Assembly (NCBI GenBank): GCA_026414165.1
Contig: JAOAJN010000002.1
Span: 8,246 to 72,245, forward strand
Origin: Candidatus Methanomethylicaceae archaeon
GTDB lineage: Archaea > Thermoproteota > Methanomethylicia > Methanomethylicales > Methanomethylicaceae
DNA length: 64,000 nt
Direction: 5' to 3'
The translations under genes were made by a program, and so were the position numbers. The notes beneath the pieces were generated by a model. That model saw nothing but the letters and a program-made list of their open reading frames with translations. It did not search any database and was not told the DNA's origin. Shown in pieces: positions 25,551-35,110 of this stretch. Position 1 is the first letter of the stretch; every line of letters starts with the position of its first letter.

Positions 25551-27176
25551 ATGACATCAACCTTCGTAAACCAATCAAAGGAGGAGAGGGCGGCTAGGCG
25601 GATCATAGAGATCTTGATAAGGAGGATGCCAGATCGCAGGGAACTCAACAAGATCAAACACAAGATCTCGGAAGAAGAGGGGCTGGAGAAGGTTCTGAAG
25701 GATCATGAGATCTTGAGATACCTCAAAGATGAAGAGATGCAAAAAGGTATCCTTGACCTATTGGTTGGCAAGAGGGTGAGGTCTGCCTCAGGCATATATA
25801 CGGTTGCTGTAATGACCAAGCCCTCGAGGTGCCCCAAAGATCGACCTTGTTCTTACTGTCCGGGCGGGGTCGACTACGGAACCCCCCAGAGCTACTTCGG
25901 TAAAGAGCCCGCACTTATGAGGGGCATTCAGAGCAACTTTGACCCCTATAGGCAGGTCATGTACAGGCTCACCCAGTACTCCATGATAGGTCACAGGCCA
26001 TCCAAGATCCAACTGATAATAATGGGGGGAACATTTCCCGCCACTGACCTCGACTACCAAGAGTGGTTTGTGATGAGGTGCCTTGAGGCGATGAATGATT
26101 ACCCAGAATTTAGGCCATACAGATGGCGGTCCCTCGAAGAGGCACAGGCGAGGAACGAGAAGAGCAAGGTAAGGTGCATAGGTATAACCATGGAGACTAG
26201 GCCTGACTGGGCAAAGGAGCACCACACTGATAGAATGGTTAGACTAGGTGCAACGCTTGTTGAGGTGGGCGTTCAAGCCCTCGATGACGAGTTGCTGAGG
26301 AGAGTAAACCGGGGGTCCACAGTGAAGGATGTGAAGGAGGCAACTAGGATACTCAGGGACAGCGGTCTGAAGGTGGGGTATCACATGATGCCTGGACTGC
26401 CCGGCAGTACAATGGAAAGGGACCTGGAAGACCTGCGCAGGATATTCTATGAGGAGGACTTCAGACCAGACTATCTGAAGGTATACCCCACGCTTGTGAT
26501 CGAGGGCACTGATCTCTACGCGGACTGGCTGGCCGGGAGGTACCAGGCGCTTGGCAACGAAGAGGCGGCTGATCTTTTAGTCGAAGCTCACAAACACTTT
26601 CCAAAATGGGTCAGGGTCGCCAGAATCCAGAGGGATGTGCCTGCTCACGTCATCAAAGATGGGGTCACGAAGAGCAACCTCAGGGAGATTGTGGACGCGA
26701 GGCTTAAGATGTTGGGAATAAGGTGCAGATGCATCAGGTGTAGGGAGGTGGGTTTGGCGAGGATAAGGGGGGAAGATGTCTCCGACCTGCGACCCGAGAT
26801 AAAAATTGAGGAGTATTTAGCGGGTGGGGGTACAGAACTATTTATATCTCTCGAAGACCGCGACTTTTTGGTGGGTTTTCTCAGGCTGAGGATCCCTTCG
26901 GAAAGAGCACATAGACCAGAGGTTATTGGCGCAGGTATTATCAGGGAGCTTCACATATACGGTCCGCAGATCCCTGTTGGCGAGAGGGATAGGGATGCAT
27001 ACCAGCATCGTGGTCTAGGAACGATCCTATTGAAAAAGGCGGAGGAGATAGTAGGGGAAAAGTTTGGGCTTAAAAAAATCGTTGTCCTCCCCGGAATCGG
27101 CGTGAGGGGTTACTACCGGAAGAGGGGGTACAGAAGGCTGCCGTCCTCACCCTACATGGTGAAGCGACTCAGTTAA
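25551..27176 (+). CDS. elp3: Elp3-type tRNA U34 carboxymethyl-modification radical SAM/GNAT enzyme
   Basis: 541 aa. CPKDRPCSYCPGG cluster motif, a radical SAM core and a C-terminal GNAT domain (YQHRGLGTILLKKAEE). Confidence 0.9.
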   Translation: MTSTFVNQSKEERAARRIIEILIRRMPDRRELNKIKHKISEEEGLEKVLKDHEILRYLKDEEMQKGILDLLVGKRVRSASGIYTVAVMTKPSRCPKDRPCSYCPGGVDYGTPQSYFGKEPALMRGIQSNFDPYRQVMYRLTQYSMIGHRPSKIQLIIMGGTFPATDLDYQEWFVMRCLEAMNDYPEFRPYRWRSLEEAQARNEKSKVRCIGITMETRPDWAKEHHTDRMVRLGATLVEVGVQALDDELLRRVNRGSTVKDVKEATRILRDSGLKVGYHMMPGLPGSTMERDLEDLRRIFYEEDFRPDYLKVYPTLVIEGTDLYADWLAGRYQALGNEEAADLLVEAHKHFPKWVRVARIQRDVPAHVIKDGVTKSNLREIVDARLKMLGIRCRCIRCREVGLARIRGEDVSDLRPEIKIEEYLAGGGTELFISLEDRDFLVGFLRLRIPSERAHRPEVIGAGIIRELHIYGPQIPVGERDRDAYQHRGLGTILLKKAEEIVGEKFGLKKIVVLPGIGVRGYYRKRGYRRLPSSPYMVKRLS

Positions 27177-27284
27177 TGGACACTTCTGCAAGTCCTTAGC
27201 GAGATCGGTAATTCAACAGAATAGGCTACTTTTGCACACATCATGTTTTTATACTTTATAACAAAAGGTAATCGATGAAGGTAT

Positions 27285-28820
27285 GTGGAAATGGATGCCG
27301 AAGATGTGATCGCCGATCTCTCTGCAATAAAGTCTGGCTTTATAGCAGATTTGGTTAGTGGAGGAAAGATCACGGGAAGGGTGGTGATTTCGGAGGGAAC
27401 GCTGAGCACAATAAGGAGAGAGTCTGAGAAGGGGGACATACTCGGTTTAGAGGAACTTATAAAGTTGAAGGCTGCTGCCGATCAGGTGGGTTTGAAGATC
27501 GATATAGAGCGGGAGGAGAGGAGGGGCGAGGACCTAGAGGAAGCAGTCCTTCGCATGGCATTTAATGGCAACTACACATTAGTGACCTCCAATGAGAACC
27601 TTGCAAAGATCGCAGAGACCATGGGGCTACGGGTCTTAGTGGGTAGGACTAAGCTGCAGCGACCGCCACTCTTTAGCAAATACTTCTCCAAGGATGTTAT
27701 GTCAGTTCACCTCAAGGAGGGTTTAGCTCCTAGAGGCAAGATTGGGAGACCAGGGAGATGGCAGCTTCAAGATCTTGGAGATGCACCTTTGGACAGGGGC
27801 GAACTGGACAAGATCGTCCAGGACATACTCGAAAGGGCCGAATCTGGTGAGGGCTTCGTTGAGATAAAGAGAGAGGGCTCAAACATAGTGATGCTCAAGG
27901 ACAGCAGGATAATAATAACATTCCCGCCCTTCTCAGACAAACTGGAAGTCACCATAACTAGGAAGGTCGCCGAGCTGGAGATAGAGGACTACAGGCTCTC
28001 CCAGAGGCTCATAAACAGGTTCAAGGAAAGGGCCGAGGGGATACTGATAGCCGGCGCTCCTGGGATGGGGAAGACGACCTTCGCCCAGGCCTTGGCCAAG
28101 TTCTACCTAAGGGAGAATAAGATAATAAAGACTATAGAGTCGCCAAGAGACCTCCACCTACCGCCCACGGCGACGCAGTACTCTAAGACAAAGTCTTCAT
28201 CGGAGGAACTTCATGATGTGCTTCTACTCAGCAGGCCGGATTACACATTCTTCGATGAGATGAGAGATACCGAAGACTTTAGAATATTCACAGACCTCAG
28301 ACTTGCAGGCGTCGGAATGGTCGGCGTTATCCATGCTACAACCCCAATAGATGCCATACAGAGGTTCATTGGGCGGGTTGAGCTCGGAGTTATACCCTCC
28401 GTAATAGATACCGTGGTATTCATAAACAACGGCGAGGTGGAAAAAGTCTACGAGCTTGAGACACGCGTAAAGATTCCTCATGGTCTTACGGAGTCTGACT
28501 TGACGAGACCTGTCGTTCAGGTCAAGAACTTTGACACTGGCGAAGTCGAGTATGAAATATATGTGTTCGGAGAGAGGACCTTTGTAGTCCCACTTAAGGG
28601 AAAAGAGAGATCGAGGGACTACGTTGTGAACTCCATGATAAATAGAATTCTGGGGAAGTACGTGCCGCTTGAGGATGTTAAAATCGAGTTCTCAGATGGA
28701 GAAGTGATAATCGGCGTCCCGTCCCAGATGATGAACACGGTAGTCAAGAGGACCAGAAAGAAATTGCAAAAACTCGAGGAAAAACTGGGAAAGAGGATCA
28801 CAATAAGGCCTGTATTCTAA
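27285..28820 (+). CDS. PIN-like domain plus PilT-type ATPase plus KH-like C-terminus protein
   Basis: 511 aa. N-terminal PIN-like region (LVTSNENLAKIAETMGL), Walker A GAPGMGKTT, and a FFDEMRD Walker B-like motif. Confidence 0.7.
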   Translation: MEMDAEDVIADLSAIKSGFIADLVSGGKITGRVVISEGTLSTIRRESEKGDILGLEELIKLKAAADQVGLKIDIEREERRGEDLEEAVLRMAFNGNYTLVTSNENLAKIAETMGLRVLVGRTKLQRPPLFSKYFSKDVMSVHLKEGLAPRGKIGRPGRWQLQDLGDAPLDRGELDKIVQDILERAESGEGFVEIKREGSNIVMLKDSRIIITFPPFSDKLEVTITRKVAELEIEDYRLSQRLINRFKERAEGILIAGAPGMGKTTFAQALAKFYLRENKIIKTIESPRDLHLPPTATQYSKTKSSSEELHDVLLLSRPDYTFFDEMRDTEDFRIFTDLRLAGVGMVGVIHATTPIDAIQRFIGRVELGVIPSVIDTVVFINNGEVEKVYELETRVKIPHGLTESDLTRPVVQVKNFDTGEVEYEIYVFGERTFVVPLKGKERSRDYVVNSMINRILGKYVPLEDVKIEFSDGEVIIGVPSQMMNTVVKRTRKKLQKLEEKLGKRITIRPVF

Positions 28821-29668
28821 TGGTGTCTGGGTTGAGAGAAAGGATTGTGAGAGAAGCACTGAGCAGAATATTCCCCCAGCAGGAGCTCGACAGAGCCATC
28901 AGCACAGTTGACATGATCGGCGACCTTGCAGTCATAAAGATCCCCAGAGAATGGGAGGAAAAAAGGTTCGAGATAGGGGAGATCCTGCTGTCTAGCCTTA
29001 AAGGGGTGGAAGGGGTCTTCAGGCAAACTACGCCTGCCGACGATGAGTACAAGGTTCGTGGTCTAGAGTGGCTTGCGGGTAAGAGGGACACAATAACACT
29101 CCATCGTGAGCACGGGTGTTACTTTAGAGTCGACATCTCGACCGTCTACTTCTCACCAAGGCTCTCTTTCGAGAGACTGAGGATCGCAAGGCTGACCCGT
29201 AAGGGTGAGATCCTTGTGAACATGTTCGCGGGCGTGGGGACATTCTCCATAATGTCAGTCATGAAGGGGGGCGCGGAGAGGGTCTTCTCGATAGACAAAA
29301 ACCCTGCGGCTTTCAAATTCATGATGGAGAACGTGATCTTAAATAAGGTCTCAGGTAAGGTTATTCCCATCCTCGGAGATGCGAAGGAAGTCTCTAATGA
29401 CCTACAGGGGGTAGCAGACAGGGTTCTCATGCCTCTTCCAGCGCTGGCCACACAGTACCTGCCCTATGCGGTATCATGTCTGAGAGGTAGGGGTTGGGTC
29501 CATGTATATCTTCATGAGAAGGGGAGGAGGCGCGATGTTGTAAGTTCTGGAGTCGACACCGTAAAAAAGGCGCTGAAGGAGAGAGTGATATCAGCAAGCG
29601 GCAGAGTGGTGAGGAGTGTTGGCAGGGAGACTTACCAGATCGTTGTTGATGTGGAGGTATCGCCTTAG
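28820..29668 (+). CDS. trm5: Trm5/Taw2-family (Met-10+ like) tRNA methyltransferase
   Basis: 282 aa. NMFAGVGTFSI SAM motif, and FSPRLSFERLRI typical of Trm5. TAATG overlap with the upstream gene. Confidence 0.75.
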   Translation: MVSGLRERIVREALSRIFPQQELDRAISTVDMIGDLAVIKIPREWEEKRFEIGEILLSSLKGVEGVFRQTTPADDEYKVRGLEWLAGKRDTITLHREHGCYFRVDISTVYFSPRLSFERLRIARLTRKGEILVNMFAGVGTFSIMSVMKGGAERVFSIDKNPAAFKFMMENVILNKVSGKVIPILGDAKEVSNDLQGVADRVLMPLPALATQYLPYAVSCLRGRGWVHVYLHEKGRRRDVVSSGVDTVKKALKERVISASGRVVRSVGRETYQIVVDVEVSP

Positions 29669-29682
29669 CCATTGCCTTCCCC

Positions 29683-30498
29683 ATGATCGGTGTGGGGGCT
29701 GATAAAATGGATGTTGAAGAAGACTTGAATCGCCTTGAGGATTGGCTCAGAAGGGCTGGCAGTGTGGTTGTTGCATACTCTGGAGGCGTTGACAGTACTT
29801 TGGTTGCGCACACTGCCCACAGAGTTTTAGGGGATCAAGCTTTGGCGGTCACTTTGAGACACTCTCTCATCGAGAAGAATGAATTAGAAGAGGCTACTGA
29901 TCTCGCAAAGAGGATTGGACTGAATCATTTGGTCATGGATCTCATTTTGCCTGAGAGTGTAATGGAGAACCCCCGTGAGAGGTGCTACATATGCAAGAAG
30001 TACCTCATGGGTAGGCTTAGCGCATTTGCGAGAGATTCTGGTTACAGGGTAGTTGTAGATGGAACTAACTATGACGATTTAAAAGATGGAAGGCCAGGGA
30101 TCAGGGCTTTAAAGGAGGAGGGGATAAGGAGCCCGCTTGCCGAGCTTGGAATCGGAAAACAACGCGTCCGCGAGATATCGAGAGTTTTAGGGTTGGACTA
30201 TCAGAAACCGAGCAGACCATGCCTGGCAACGAGGTTCCCATACGGTTACAAAATAAAGTCTGAGGATCTCAATATGGTCGCCTCAGCCGAAAATTTGCTG
30301 AGGAAGGAGGGCTTCAGAGTGATCAGGGTCCGCCATCTTGACCACACTGCCAAGGTTGAGGTAGGATCAGACGAGATCTACAAACTCATCCAAGAGGACG
30401 TCAGAAATAGGATCACTCGGGGGTTGAAAGCTCTAGGTTACAGGTTCGTGGTCCTCGACCTTGAAGGCTATAAGAGCGGAAAGATGGACGAAATATAA
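29683..30498 (+). CDS. PP-loop ATP pyrophosphatase of the LarE-like family
   Basis: SGGVDS PP-loop, CYICKK (CxxC) and a PSRPCLATRFPYG Cys loop. Start is 29683 or ATG 29707. Confidence 0.7.
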   Translation: MIGVGADKMDVEEDLNRLEDWLRRAGSVVVAYSGGVDSTLVAHTAHRVLGDQALAVTLRHSLIEKNELEEATDLAKRIGLNHLVMDLILPESVMENPRERCYICKKYLMGRLSAFARDSGYRVVVDGTNYDDLKDGRPGIRALKEEGIRSPLAELGIGKQRVREISRVLGLDYQKPSRPCLATRFPYGYKIKSEDLNMVASAENLLRKEGFRVIRVRHLDHTAKVEVGSDEIYKLIQEDVRNRITRGLKALGYRFVVLDLEGYKSGKMDEI

Positions 30499-30527
30499 GG
30501 TTTTAAACACGAGAAAAAGTCGGGCGC

Positions 30528-31628
30528 TCAACATGTTTTCCATAAACGACTTTTTGAAACATAGAAAGCTAAAGCACCCATCATAAGACCAAATAATACG
30601 ATTGGTGCAGGATTTCTGTAGATTTTTGTGTAATTCATGAGTCCACATGTGCTGACAGTTAAGTTACTGCACATGAAAAGGCTAGGTGGTAGGTAAAATG
30701 CGACCTCCCCGTTGCTGTCGGTGAATCCCCTATATTCCATGCCCTCACATTCCAATGTCACTAAGGAATTGATTGATGGGCGACCATTAAAGGAAAATAA
30801 CTTGACCGAGACCCTCGTGGGAAATAGCAGGTAGGCATTCTCGACTAAGATTGAGACCTTCTCTACGACGTCTATCGTAAACCTCTTTTTAATTGAGGAG
30901 TTGTGTATGAAACTCATCTCCTGTCCGAGCACACCTATCGTGTATGCTCCGTGAGGGGCTGAATTTAATCTGGCAAAACCACGATCGTCGGTTGTTAATA
31001 AGCACTCGCTTGAGTCTTCAAACTTGAGTTTTAAAGTCTGGTTCTTGATAGGGAAGCCATCTTTACTCGTCAGCAAAATCTCCAAGTCAGAGACTGGCAA
31101 AGTTATGCTGACGCGCGATGGGGCTGAGATGTTGATCTTCAAAGAGTACTCGGCATTTCTTGTGGCAATCTTGAGGAGCGACTCGCCGTAGGGCACAATG
31201 ACTCTCGAACTTTGGCCCATACTCATGCCATTTAGGTAGAGCATGAAATTACCTATGCGGTTGCCTTCTGAGTCAAAAACGATGAGATCGCAGTGGTAAA
31301 AGCGCCATAGGTAAAAGGGGTCTCCCTCTGGAATGGAGAGATTGAAGGTTTGCCCCTCAATTGTGACTCGGAACCAACTATACATATTAGTCCCTGAGAT
31401 GTAGAAGTGCCCTCCATTTACAGTGAAGTTATAATTGCCAATCTCAACAATCGCATTGTTAACCGGTTTTTCGTCCAGTAAGATCAAAGCTTCCGGCTGA
31501 TATGGTGAGAGTGCCGTCAAGTACAAGATAAGGAATACGAGCAACTCTACCCCCAATATGCCGGAGAAAAAAACCCTGCGGTTTATGCCAATTCCTGTTG
31601 AATCGTTAGGTCTCCATCCTTCGACCAT
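30528..31628 (-). CDS. membrane-anchored extracellular protein with repeated beta-sandwich-like segments
   Basis: 366 aa with N-terminal and C-terminal hydrophobic helices and a beta-rich repetitive body. No catalytic motif. The start may be an internal TTG. Confidence 0.4.
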   Translation of the reverse strand: MVEGWRPNDSTGIGINRRVFFSGILGVELLVFLILYLTALSPYQPEALILLDEKPVNNAIVEIGNYNFTVNGGHFYISGTNMYSWFRVTIEGQTFNLSIPEGDPFYLWRFYHCDLIVFDSEGNRIGNFMLYLNGMSMGQSSRVIVPYGESLLKIATRNAEYSLKINISAPSRVSITLPVSDLEILLTSKDGFPIKNQTLKLKFEDSSECLLTTDDRGFARLNSAPHGAYTIGVLGQEMSFIHNSSIKKRFTIDVVEKVSILVENAYLLFPTRVSVKLFSFNGRPSINSLVTLECEGMEYRGFTDSNGEVAFYLPPSLFMCSNLTVSTCGLMNYTKIYRNPAPIVLFGLMMGALAFYVSKSRLWKTC

Positions 31629-32698
31629 ATCATTTTTAGTCTATTTCGACCAATATGTAGCCCCTTCTGGAACACGTACCCTGCTATCAAAGGGAGTGCG
31701 ATAGTAGCCTCCGCGTATACCGTGGCTCTCGTGGCACGCTTTGAGATCTTACCCCAAGACTTCGCCTCGTCCAGCGTACTCCCAGTCAATCCGCCCCAAT
31801 GCGGGGCGTCGGTGGTTATCTGGAATGAGTAGGCGTGTCCCTTCGTGTAGTCTAACATGACCGCAGCATCGTTTATGTAATTCTTTGGAACACCCCCTCC
31901 TATGTATATTGAACCGGTCTTCTTCGATTTGAGGACGATCTGTGCTATCTCAAAGTTGTCTTTCATGACATCAAGGGTGAAGGTCTGAAGCCCCTGCTCC
32001 TTGGCCCACCTGAAGTATCCTGCGAGCCCTATTCCTATCGAACTGTCCGCAATGGCTGGGCAGAATATTGGGACACCATAGCGATAGGCATTAAATAGTA
32101 TAGAGTTTTTGTCATTAAGTGTAGATCCGAGAATGTTTAGAAACTCCCTCGTTGAGTACTTCCTTGGCTCAAGTGTGGAGCAGAACTCTGATATCTTGTC
32201 GTCACAATGAACGAAACCTATTTCATCAACATACGCATCGTATATCCTATCAATGTAAAGGTCGTGCAGCTTCTCATCATTGGCCTCAGGAGAGCCCTTG
32301 TAATGCTTGTAGCCGTGAGCGGCGTAGTAATCCTGGTATAATATGGCTCCAGTGGAGACCACGACATCCACGATACCTTTGGATATCATATCGCTTATAA
32401 CCTTGCGTAGCCCCCCGGCTATGAGCGCGCCGGAAAGCCCCAGAAATATTGTTGGTCGATCCTTGTCAAGTAGCATATTCTCATACACCATAGCGCACTC
32501 TGCCAAACTTCGAGATTGTATCCCTCCATCCTTCCACGCATCCACGAGCTCCTTAATGGTTGTCACTCTTTCGAGGTCTATCTGCACGACGGGCTTGCGC
32601 AATACTGATTTCCGCTCTTTTACGATCTCGGGCGTAAGCGAGATTTCTGTAGACTTCTGTCTGAAAAATTTAAAGTTGGGCTTTTCCAAGCTACGCAC
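31583..32698 (-). CDS. dys: deoxyhypusine synthase
   Basis: GGVPKNYINDA, QITTDAPHWGGLTGSTLDEAKSWGKI motifs. GTG start. Confidence 0.9.
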   Translation of the reverse strand: MRSLEKPNFKFFRQKSTEISLTPEIVKERKSVLRKPVVQIDLERVTTIKELVDAWKDGGIQSRSLAECAMVYENMLLDKDRPTIFLGLSGALIAGGLRKVISDMISKGIVDVVVSTGAILYQDYYAAHGYKHYKGSPEANDEKLHDLYIDRIYDAYVDEIGFVHCDDKISEFCSTLEPRKYSTREFLNILGSTLNDKNSILFNAYRYGVPIFCPAIADSSIGIGLAGYFRWAKEQGLQTFTLDVMKDNFEIAQIVLKSKKTGSIYIGGGVPKNYINDAAVMLDYTKGHAYSFQITTDAPHWGGLTGSTLDEAKSWGKISKRATRATVYAEATIALPLIAGYVFQKGLHIGRNRLKMIWSKDGDLTIQQELA

Positions 32699-32719
32699 CT
32701 TCTTAAAGGTGTTTTCGGG

Positions 32720-32735
32720 ATAGATTTAAATCTAT
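32720..32735. promoter_or_regulatory. palindromic TATA-like element in the dys/thrB divergent intergenic region
   Basis: ATAGATTTAAATCTAT is a perfect 16-bp palindrome 22 nt upstream of the dys GTG start. Confidence 0.3.
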
Positions 32736-32927
32736 TCATAATGTGGGAATCTCGTTTTTCATATGGAAAATTTTGTAGGATATGCGCCGCAATTCAAATT
32801 TGTTCTTCCGAGTTAATTTTTCGCCGCATTTTTTGCTGGGGGTGTTCAGGAGTTCAACCACCCTCAAAACAGGTGTAGCAAAATATTAGTATTCGCTTAC
32901 ATGCATACCTTAAAAGAGTGATACTGA

Positions 32928-33899
32928 ATGGTTTCATCCTCCGTCAAATCCGCCCTCAAATCATCAGTCAGGGTTTCAGCTCCCGCCACCATAGCCAATT
33001 TGGGACCAGGATACGATGTCATAGGGATGGCTTTGAACGAACCTAGAGACTTTGTGGAGGTATCCCTGGAAAGTAGAGGCGAGGACTTTATTGAGGTTGA
33101 AGGTGTACGTTCAGAAAGCATCTCATGCGACCCTAAGAAGAATTCTGCATTAGTAGCAGGAAGGGCAGTTTTGGAAAGAGCCGGAAGGGGCGACCTCTGC
33201 CTGAAAATGAAAGTCATAAAAGGAGTCCCTCCTAGAAGCGGACTCGGAAGCTCGGGAGCATCCTCCGCCGCCGGGGCTTACTCCGTTAATGTTTTGCTCG
33301 GTATGCCATTGAAGGACGAAGAACTTCTCCAGTGCGCCATGGAGGGCGAGAGGGCGGCATGCGGCTCTCCTCACGCGGACAATGTAGCCCCTGCACTCTT
33401 TGGGGGTGTTGTATTCATCTCCTCCTTCAAACCAATCAAGGTTATCCGCTTTGAGGCACTGAAGGACCTAGAGATAGTTGTAATAACCCCTGAGGTGGAG
33501 ATCGGAGAGGAGAAGACAAAAATTGCCAGACAGATACTCCCAACAAGCGTCCCCCTACAAGACATGGTTCGGCAGACGCAGGCTTTTGGTAAACTGCTGG
33601 TGGGCCTCATGAATAGAGATGTTGCATTGATGGGAGAGGGCGTATCAGGTGATGTGGTCATCGAACGCGCCAGAGCAAAATTAATACCAAAATTTGATTA
33701 CATGAAGAGTTGTGCCTTGGAGGCAGGGGCATATGGATTCTCCATAAGTGGGGCCGGACCCTCGGTATTCGCGCTTTGCCCTAATAACATGGGAAAGCAA
33801 TTGGGTGCTACCCTAAAATCAATTCTAGAAAAGGATGGAATTAGGTCCAGCTATTCAGTACATAGGAATGTTGGAGAGGGTGTAAAGGTTGTTTCCTAA
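32928..33899 (+). CDS. thrB: homoserine kinase
   Basis: GHMP kinase motif PPRSGLGSSGASSAA; N-terminus VSAPATIANLGPGYD. Confidence 0.9.
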   Translation: MVSSSVKSALKSSVRVSAPATIANLGPGYDVIGMALNEPRDFVEVSLESRGEDFIEVEGVRSESISCDPKKNSALVAGRAVLERAGRGDLCLKMKVIKGVPPRSGLGSSGASSAAGAYSVNVLLGMPLKDEELLQCAMEGERAACGSPHADNVAPALFGGVVFISSFKPIKVIRFEALKDLEIVVITPEVEIGEEKTKIARQILPTSVPLQDMVRQTQAFGKLLVGLMNRDVALMGEGVSGDVVIERARAKLIPKFDYMKSCALEAGAYGFSISGAGPSVFALCPNNMGKQLGATLKSILEKDGIRSSYSVHRNVGEGVKVVS

Positions 33900-35109
33900 G
33901 TCCAAGTTGAAGTGCATAAGTTGTGGGAAGGAGTTCAGGAGTGATGAGATAATTTATGTATGCCAGAGCTGCGGCTCGCTCTTAGAGGTTGTTATTGAGC
34001 CCCCCAAGGTCTCACTTGTTGAGATGGCTAAGAGACCTATCGGCGTATGGCGCTATGAGGAATTTCTGCCAGTCGAAGAGGACTCGGAGATAATAACCCT
34101 CAGGGAAGGTGGAACTCCGCTCTACAGGTGTGAAAGGCTGGCAAAATGGGCGGGCGTTAAAGAACTCTATATCAAATACGAAGGCGCAAATCCCACGGGG
34201 AGCTTCAAGGATCGCGGGATGACGCTGGGCGTAACGAAGGCAAAGAGCCTTGGCTCAAGGGCAGTGGCCTGCGCCTCAACGGGGAACACCTCTGCTTCGC
34301 TATCCGCCTATGCGGCAAGAGCAGGTCTGACGTGCTATGTTATTCTACCAGCAGAAAAAGTAGCTATGGGAAAGCTTGCGCAGGCATTGATGCACGGCGC
34401 GAAGGTAATCTCTGTTAAGGGGAACTTCGATGATGCCCTTAAATTGGTGATGGACCTATCGGTCAAGATGGAAATCTACCTCTTGAACAGCGTGAATCCT
34501 TGGAGGCTCGAGGGTCAGAAGACTTTGGCTTTCGAAGTAGTTGACCAGCTGGGGCATGTTCCTGAATTCGTAGCCGTACCCATGGGAAATTGTGGAAACA
34601 TCTCAGCCATATGGAAGGGGTTTAAAGAGTTCAAAAGCGCAGGCATGATTGACAAACTGCCCAAGATGTTCGGAATTCAGGCAGAAGGGGCTGCTCCTGT
34701 GATCAATATGCTCAGAAGGAACCTAGAAACTTTGGTTCCACTAGCTCGCCCCGAGACCTTAGCCACCGCCATAAGGATTGGCAACCCTGTGAATTGGCCA
34801 AAGGCGGTCATGGCTATAAAACAATCGAATGGACTTTATGAATCTGTATCCGATGATGAGATAGTTGAGGCTCAGCGCGTAATAGCTACATTAGAGGGGA
34901 TAGGTGTTGAGCCTGCGAGTGCCGCCTCTGTCGCTGGGGTAAGGAAGGCTGTATCCAAGGGTATGCTAGGAAACACAGATGAGGTTGTGTGTGTCTGTAC
35001 AGGACACTTGCTGAAGGATCCGGAAGAGGTCATAAAGGTATGCGGAAGGCCTGTGGAGATACCGCCGGACCTAAAGGCCGTCTCAAAGGTACTGTCGACT
35101 GGTGGCTAA
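33889..35109 (+). CDS. thrC: threonine synthase
   Basis: N-terminal zinc ribbon (CISCG...CQSCG) and PLP-lysine motif NPTGSFKDRG. Confidence 0.9.
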   Translation: MFPKSKLKCISCGKEFRSDEIIYVCQSCGSLLEVVIEPPKVSLVEMAKRPIGVWRYEEFLPVEEDSEIITLREGGTPLYRCERLAKWAGVKELYIKYEGANPTGSFKDRGMTLGVTKAKSLGSRAVACASTGNTSASLSAYAARAGLTCYVILPAEKVAMGKLAQALMHGAKVISVKGNFDDALKLVMDLSVKMEIYLLNSVNPWRLEGQKTLAFEVVDQLGHVPEFVAVPMGNCGNISAIWKGFKEFKSAGMIDKLPKMFGIQAEGAAPVINMLRRNLETLVPLARPETLATAIRIGNPVNWPKAVMAIKQSNGLYESVSDDEIVEAQRVIATLEGIGVEPASAASVAGVRKAVSKGMLGNTDEVVCVCTGHLLKDPEEVIKVCGRPVEIPPDLKAVSKVLSTGG

Positions 35110-35110
35110 C

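Noticed and set aside
31583-31628. 46-nt out-of-frame overlap between the dys 3' end and the downstream surface-protein ORF.
   Set aside because: It is probably a start-codon artefact. In-frame TTG codons just downstream of the dys stop would still retain the N-terminal membrane helix.
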